DNA of 64,000 nt from Macrostomum hystrix (lineage: Eukaryota > Animalia > Platyhelminthes). Where the stretch lies: contig CATNEN010000040.1 in assembly GCA_950097015.1 (NCBI GenBank), forward strand, positions 285,452 through 349,451, read 5' to 3'. Both the position numbers and the translations under genes were made by a program. The notes beneath the pieces are model-generated. The model was given only the letters and a program-made list of their open reading frames with translations, did no database searches and was not told the DNA's origin. This document shows positions 57,920-64,000 of the stretch, piece after piece (position 1 is the first letter of the stretch; every line of letters starts with the position of its first letter).

Positions 57920-58570
57920 TGAGGATTTTAAGATTTGAGGATTGAGGATTTGAGGATTGAGGATTTGAGGATTGAGGATTTGAGGATTGAGGATTTGAGG
58001 ATTTGAGGATTTGAGGATTGAGGATTTGAGGATTGAGGATTTGAGGATTGAGGATTTGAGGATTGAGGATTTGAGGAATGAGGAATTTAGGATTTAAGAA
58101 TTTGAGGATTTGAGGATTGAGGATTTGAGGATTGAGGATTGAGGATTTGAGGAATTGAGGATTTTAGAATTTGAGGATTTGAGGATTTGAGAATTTAAGG
58201 ATTTGAGAATTTGAGGATTGAGGATTTGAGGAATAAGGATTTTAGGATTTAAGAATTTGAGGATTTGAGGATTGAGGATTTGAGGATTGAAAATTTGAGG
58301 ATTTGAGAATTTGAGGCTTTGAGGATTGAGGATTTGAGGATTGAGGATTTGAGAATTTGAGGATTTGATGATTTGAGGATTGGAGGATTGAGGATTGGAG
58401 GATTGAGGATTTGAGGATTTGAGAATTTGAGGATTTGAAAATTTGAGGATTGAGGATTTGAGGATTGAGGATTTAAGGATTGAGGATTTTAGAATTTGAG
58501 GATTTGAGGATTTGAGAATTTTAGGATTATAGGATTTTAGGATTTGAGGATTCGAGGATTAGAGGAACTG
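57920..58570. repeat. Degenerate 7-8-bp satellite (gaggatt[t])
   Basis: Visible tandem run. Confidence 0.92.
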
Positions 58571-59043
58571 CGTAATCGTTGGTTTTCAGGAATCGGAAAC
58601 TTGAGACATCGAGGGATTGGGAATTTGAAGAATCAAGGAACAATCGAGGAATATCATGGAATTTGTGGGATCGAGAAATTGGGGTTTAAGAAAATATGAA
58701 TTTGAGGATTGGAGGAACTACGAATTTTGAGAAATCTGAGATTTCGGAATTGAGAACTGCAAGAACAGCGGATTTGAAGAATTAGGGCTTAAGAAAGCTT
58801 TATAGCAAGTGGGAGATTCGGTGCAATAAAAATCGATAAAGATGACAAAGCAATTTCTCAACTGAAATAAATGATTTTACAAACGAAAGATTTTTTAATC
58901 AGAAAACAGCCGGCTGAAGCCTTAAAAAAATTTTTTAGCACTTAAATTGAGCAAATTTAGATGTAAATATAGATGTAAAACTTGACTCTGGGATAAACAG
59001 CGCTAGCCCCCGAACAGAGAGATTCGCAATCACACAGAAAAGG

Positions 59044-61474
59044 TCATTGAGCCGCTCCGTTTTTAAGCGCCGTCTCGTCAGCAAGCTGGCGAAGCTGTCT
59101 CAGAAAATTGGCATTCGGACAGGCGGCCGGCCGGACGGCCTTGACCTGCGCCAGGGCCGCCTCGAAGGCGACGCCGCGTCGCAGGATCAGGTAGGCGACG
59201 GCGAACGCCGGCGCGCGCGAGACTCCGGCGTGCAGTGCAGCAGGCAGACGCCGCCAGCCGACCGGCAGGCGTCGATAAAGTCAGCGGCGCTGTCAAGGTG
59301 GGGCCGCAGCTGCTGCCGGTCGCTATCGAGGACGGCCAGCTGGAGCCGGCGGTCAGCCGCTAGCCCGGGCGGGGGGCTCGGCTGCACCGCCGGGTAGGCC
59401 ACGTTGATCACGTGACTGATGCGATAGCGGCGCAGCGTCGGCCCGTCGGCTGCGGCATCCTGCGAGCCAACCAGAAGGTGGGAAGGACGCCAGCCCACCT
59501 GCCGCAAAATGAGTGTCAGGAGGAGGATATTCAGAGCTCCACTCCACTCCACTCCACCTCCACCCATTCGTACTCCTCTCATCTGCCTCTCTTTGTCCAC
59601 TCAAGTCTACCCTATGTCTAGTCCACCCCACTCCACTCCAATGGCACCCCACTCACTCCAATGCACCCCACTCCACTCCAATGCACCCCACTCACTCCAA
59701 TGCACCCCACTCCACTCCAATGCACCCCACTCCACTCCAATGCACCCCACTCCAATACAACCCACTCCATTCCACTCCAATACAACCCACTCCAATACAA
59801 CCCACTCCAATACAACCCACTCCAATACAACCCACTCCACTCCACTCCAATGCACCTCACTCCACTCCAATACAACCCACTCCAATACAACCCACTCCAC
59901 TCCACTCCAATACAATCCACTCCACTCCACTCCAATGCACCCACTCCACTCCAATGCACCTCACTCCACTCCAATGCACCCCAATCCGCTCCAATGCACC
60001 CCACTCCACTCCAATGCAACCCACTCCACTCCACTCCAATACACCGCACTCCACTCCAATGCAACCCACTCCACTCCACTCCAATACACCGCACTCCACT
60101 CCAATACAACCCACTCCACTTAACTCCTCTTATCTCATCTCATCTAATCTCATCTCATTTCATTTCATTTCATCCTATCTCCTCTCCTCTCTTCTCCTCT
60201 CCGCGATACAACCTGAAAGGATCCTACAGAAAGCCGCTACGAGCTACAATCCTAGATTAAGACACGCAAATATAATACAAATAAAGCAACAAAAAGGAAA
60301 GGGAAGATTTTTGCAGCCGCGGATTGAGCAAGCCCTTGCTCAGGAGAGACTGCTCACCGCCACCTAATTGTGCTCAAGGCGAATTGTGCTCAAGCTCACA
60401 CGGCAAAAACATTACCGGGCTCAGCTGCCACGTGGAGAAGAGAATGGGATCCTTCGAGAGGGGCAATGTCCTCAACTCACCACTCCGCACAAGGCCACTA
60501 GATGTTAATGAACAGCTGGCCACTTTTCAAATTTTAAGGCTTGATGGGGTGCTAGGTAGCAAAAGGAACAAGACGGGAGATAAACAAAAAGCACCCCGTC
60601 ATTGCTCTACCATCCTTGCTCGTTGTAGATTAAGAGATAAAAGTAACCACACAACAGAGCAGCAAATACATTCGAATTTAACCTTGCATAGTTACAAGAC
60701 CAGCTTCTAATTTGAAGTGAGACTCAAGAAACTGAAAAGCTGGATGAATGGTTCTACATAACATTAGGAATCTGGAGAAAGCGAGCCTCCACGACAATGT
60801 CACTCCGAACCTGAGCATCCAGGACAATGTCACTCCAAACCTGAGCCATCCCAGGACAATGTCACTCTGAACCTGAGCATCCAGGACAATGTCACTCCAA
60901 GCCTGAGCATCCAGGACAATGTCACTCCAAACCTGAGCAACCAGGACAATGTCAATCCAAGCCTGAGCATCCAGGACAATGTCACTCCAAACCTGAGCAT
61001 CCAGGACAATGTCACTCCAAGCCTGAGCATCCAGGACAATGTCAATCCAAGCCTGAGCATCCAGGACAATGTCACTCCAAACCTGAGCATCCAGGACAAT
61101 GTCACTCCGAACCTGAGCATCCAGGACAATGTCACTCCAAACCTAAAGGATGTGGCACAATGTCACTCCGAAACTTAAGGATGCGGAACAATGTCACTCC
61201 GAACCTTAAGGATGTGGAACAATGTCAATCCAAACCAGAAGATCCGGGAGCTCAAAACCCACGCCCCTCAGCTCACCTGCAAATCCGGCTTAGTCAGTGG
61301 AATAAATCCGTGACGAGCAAACACAGAGTCCCTGTCAGTCTGCTGAGCTGTCAGTTCCTCATCGGGCATCTGACAGCCGTCGCGTCGCTCCAAAGTAACC
61401 CGACCGGTCTGCGTGGTGACTCGCGTGGTCACCGGCCGCAGGCTCGATTTCACTGAGGACAGGGCGGACTCCAT
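59044..61474 (-). CDS. DUSP19: Atypical dual-specificity phosphatase DUSP19; exons 61277-61474 and 59044-59498; 1-nt deletion in the catalytic loop
   Basis: TRVTTQTG N-terminus; DLQ|VG...LLVGSQDAA...HVINVA; HC[frameshift]AGVSRA...VKAVRP..CPNANFLRQL. TGC-AC-GCC (59234-59227) lacks one base of the expected AAC. Confidence 0.85.
59535..60185. repeat. Intronic (ccact)n-based satellite
   Basis: DUSP19 intron; source of many spurious ORFs. Confidence 0.92.
60790..61225. repeat. Intronic minisatellite, 30-bp unit (ccaggacaatgtcactccaaacctgagcat)
   Basis: DUSP19 intron, close to the donor site. Confidence 0.92.
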
Positions 61475-61734
61475 GCGATGAGCAATGAGCAGGTTGCTAG
61501 AATGATTGATAGCGAAATGAGCGCAGTGATTTGAGCTGCAAATTACGAGAAAAATCTATGATCATAACAGTAAAACTACAGTTATTTTCTGTGTATAAGT
61601 TTTAATTATCTAAACAAAAAGAAGCATTCAGAAAGCCCAGCTAATACCCCAGAAACAGCCATCCATCACAGGATCTTTGCCATCCAGGTTTCTTAGAAAT
61701 TAGTGCATTAACTGAAGCCCTATAACAAGAATTG

Positions 61735-61900
61735 AATATCCGACAACAGATATCACGACATCCCGACATTGAATATCCAGATGATGAATATCCCGACATC
61801 CTGACATTGAACATCTCAACTTTGAATATACTGACGTTGAATATCCCGACATTGAATATCCCGATATTGAATATCCCGACATTGAATATCCCAACATCGG
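61735..61900. repeat. Short minisatellite, ~15-bp unit (ttgaatatcccgaca)
   Basis: Degenerate tandem copies upstream of DUSP19. Confidence 0.8.
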
Positions 61901-63071
61901 ATAATTAATACAGTGCGTTGCGGCCATCCCACAGCGGTTTCACCACGCATGGCTGTCGAACTCTTACAAATTAATCAGTTGAAAAGTCCACAAAAACTAA
62001 TAAAAATCTTAGTAGTGTAACAAAAGAGTGTCACATCAGGAAGTTTGGGATAAAACAGGGACAGCAAGGCTAGGAACGGAAGAATGCGGGAGCAGGAAAG
62101 TGAAAGGCAAGTTGCCGACGCGGCTATCCCATTCCTGCTGCTAATTAATTAGTCGTCGGCGAGGCCTCAGGAAGCTGCGGAGCTACGAGTTATAAAGGCG
62201 CACATAGACCCCTCGCTTGCATCTACTCTTTCTCATCTTCTAAGCAGCAGCAGCAAGTGCGAGGCATCGCGATCTCCGCATTGTCGCCTGCTATATCTCT
62301 CCGCTCAGCGCCAACAGCGTGTGGGATTAGAAATCGAGAAGGCGCTAATCCGTCCTACCGAAACCCGCCTCCCCTAAGCCGATACCCGATAGCAGCCTAG
62401 CAGCCAGGAGAACTGCAAATAATTTGCCGGATATCCGATAGGAAAGCTAGTTGCCGCATTGCCATTGTCGGCTCAAATACCTTCGAAATGGAAATCTCTG
62501 TGAACAATATTCCATAGCTGGCTCCTCAGAGTTAGATCAGCAGCTCCTCCAGCTCCCCCCCAGATCTTCAAGATCACCTAAAGAATCCCTCAACAGTAGA
62601 AAGACCACAACAGTAAAAATACCCATATTTTTTATGTATCTCCAAAAATGTTCAACCAATCCCAATGAAAATGCAGAACACGGGCTAAAATCTTCCGCTC
62701 TATCCGATGAAACAACGCCCAGAATCACAAAACAACGGCATAGTCAAGATTTTCAACGATTCTCGTCGTGGTATCAGGAACCATATCGGCTCCACAAACT
62801 ATGTCAATCAGTCGCAGGGACCTTTGTTCTCAGCATCCCAGTCACCAGTCACCAGACTCTCAAAGAGAGTCCATGGACTTGTGAAGCCTGTACACAGACA
62901 CATATTTCTACCCCAGCTAATGCTCAGCACACATTTAGGGAAGTAAGCATCTTGCTCTAGAAGATAATCATGGATTCGAACCCCCGACCTCTCATTCAGA
63001 AGTCCAAAGTTCTAATTATAATCTCTGAAGTTCTAGAAGCTTCAGAATGAATTTTCGCGAGTCTCTCACAA

Positions 63072-63490
63072 CCCTGTAAAAAATTCGGCAGCTTCTTCGG
63101 CGGGCTTTTTGTGCAAAATAGGAGAGGAATCTACCAAAATCCCCCCTATCTCGCAAGAGTTAAAGAAACCACCCAGGAAGCAGCCGATGTAACCGTAAAT
63201 TGTGCGGAAAACGCTGAAGAATCACCCGAACCAGTGGCCCATGGGACAACCAGAGAATTATTTACGGGCGATTCCTCGGCGGTTTCTGAGCATGGAATCT
63301 TCCGAACTGGAGGATTCTTTGGGTGATTCCATTTCGCCACCAAGAAGCACCGAGAAACGCCCAGTTGGGTAGATTCTAAGCATGGAATCATCCGATTGGT
63401 ATGTTTCCAGCCTTCGGCTGTTTCTTTTTCTGGAAACACCGCAGATTCCAACTGGAATCACCCAAAGAAACATCCCTATTTTTTAGCGGA
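63072..63490. mobile_element. Non-autonomous CMC/EnSpm-like element, copy 2 (inverted)
   Basis: CCCTGTAAAAAATT...TATTTTTTAGCGG(A); reverse complement of 57378-57794; flanked by aa/aa. Confidence 0.75.
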
Positions 63491-64000
63491 AAATGCAGGT
63501 CGGAGAGCAAAAAAGACCCTATGATAATGTAAATTTTCAACTCTAAAATTCACGAATTTCATATTTTCAAGTCTGAGATATTGCCAAAAAAATCAAGCCA
63601 AAACGTTGAAAAACAAGACAGATAACAGAAGTTGAAAGATTAGACATCGGATAATGGAGACTATCAGAACCTTTTCTCCTTAAAAAAATCGAATCAAAAA
63701 GTTCAAAGTCAGATCCGCCGACAATCTGTAATTGTGAGCAATTTATAGCATAGAATAGACAAGACCTTCTACATTGATTTTGAATTTGTAACGAGAAGCA
63801 AAATGGCTAACAATGACAATTTAGCCGAGAGCAGGGCATGCCCCGGTGAGCACGCAGGCCATTGCAGTGAAGGACAATAAGAGAATGACGATGAGTAGGA
63901 GCGAGACGGGCACAACTGAACAAAATGGCGGTTGCAAATTTTTAATGCGAATTGCATTTCAATAATAACACACAGAAACTAAAAAATTCTAATATCTCCC

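Noticed and set aside
59509-60367. His/Pro/Ser/Thr-rich ORFs
   Set aside because: (ccact)n satellite in the DUSP19 intron
62451-62960. 169-aa + strand ORF, with a TATA-like element near 62190
   Set aside because: Non-ATG start, no recognisable domain; cannot be supported without expression data

Overview
Eukaryotic (metazoan) genomic DNA with GC-rich spliced exons, AT-rich intergenic DNA and a different minisatellite in most long introns. The style suggests a free-living flatworm such as Macrostomum, but this is an inference and not a database match. I reconstructed 13 protein-coding genes by hand from GT-AG boundaries and reading-frame continuity, all on the minus strand: a partial uncharacterised gene, two paralogous secreted helical proteins, ALKBH4, LYRM9, a TRAIP-like RING gene, DDX27, a METTL21-family methyltransferase, two intronless RING/TRIM-like paralogs (plus two 5' relics), RINT1, ALDH2 and DUSP19 (1-nt frameshift in the catalytic loop). 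Mobile DNA includes a very young Gmr1-type Gypsy element (identical 151-bp LTRs, 5-bp TSD, integrase before RT) in the last RINT1 intron, two tRNA-derived SINE families (one CORE-like), hAT-like, P/hAT-like and CMC-like MITEs, and a mariner relic. The most interesting signals are: (1) a tandem pair of predicted long-chain four-helix-bundle cytokine-like genes sharing an exact intron position; (2) three conserved genes (LYRM9, TRAIP-like, RINT1) whose coding sequence starts at a phase-0 splice acceptor with no in-frame ATG, as expected if a spliced leader ending in AUG supplies the Met in operon-like clusters; (3) ALKBH4 forming the loop between two inverted arrays of one minisatellite family; (4) mosaic homogenisation of the TRIM-like pair.
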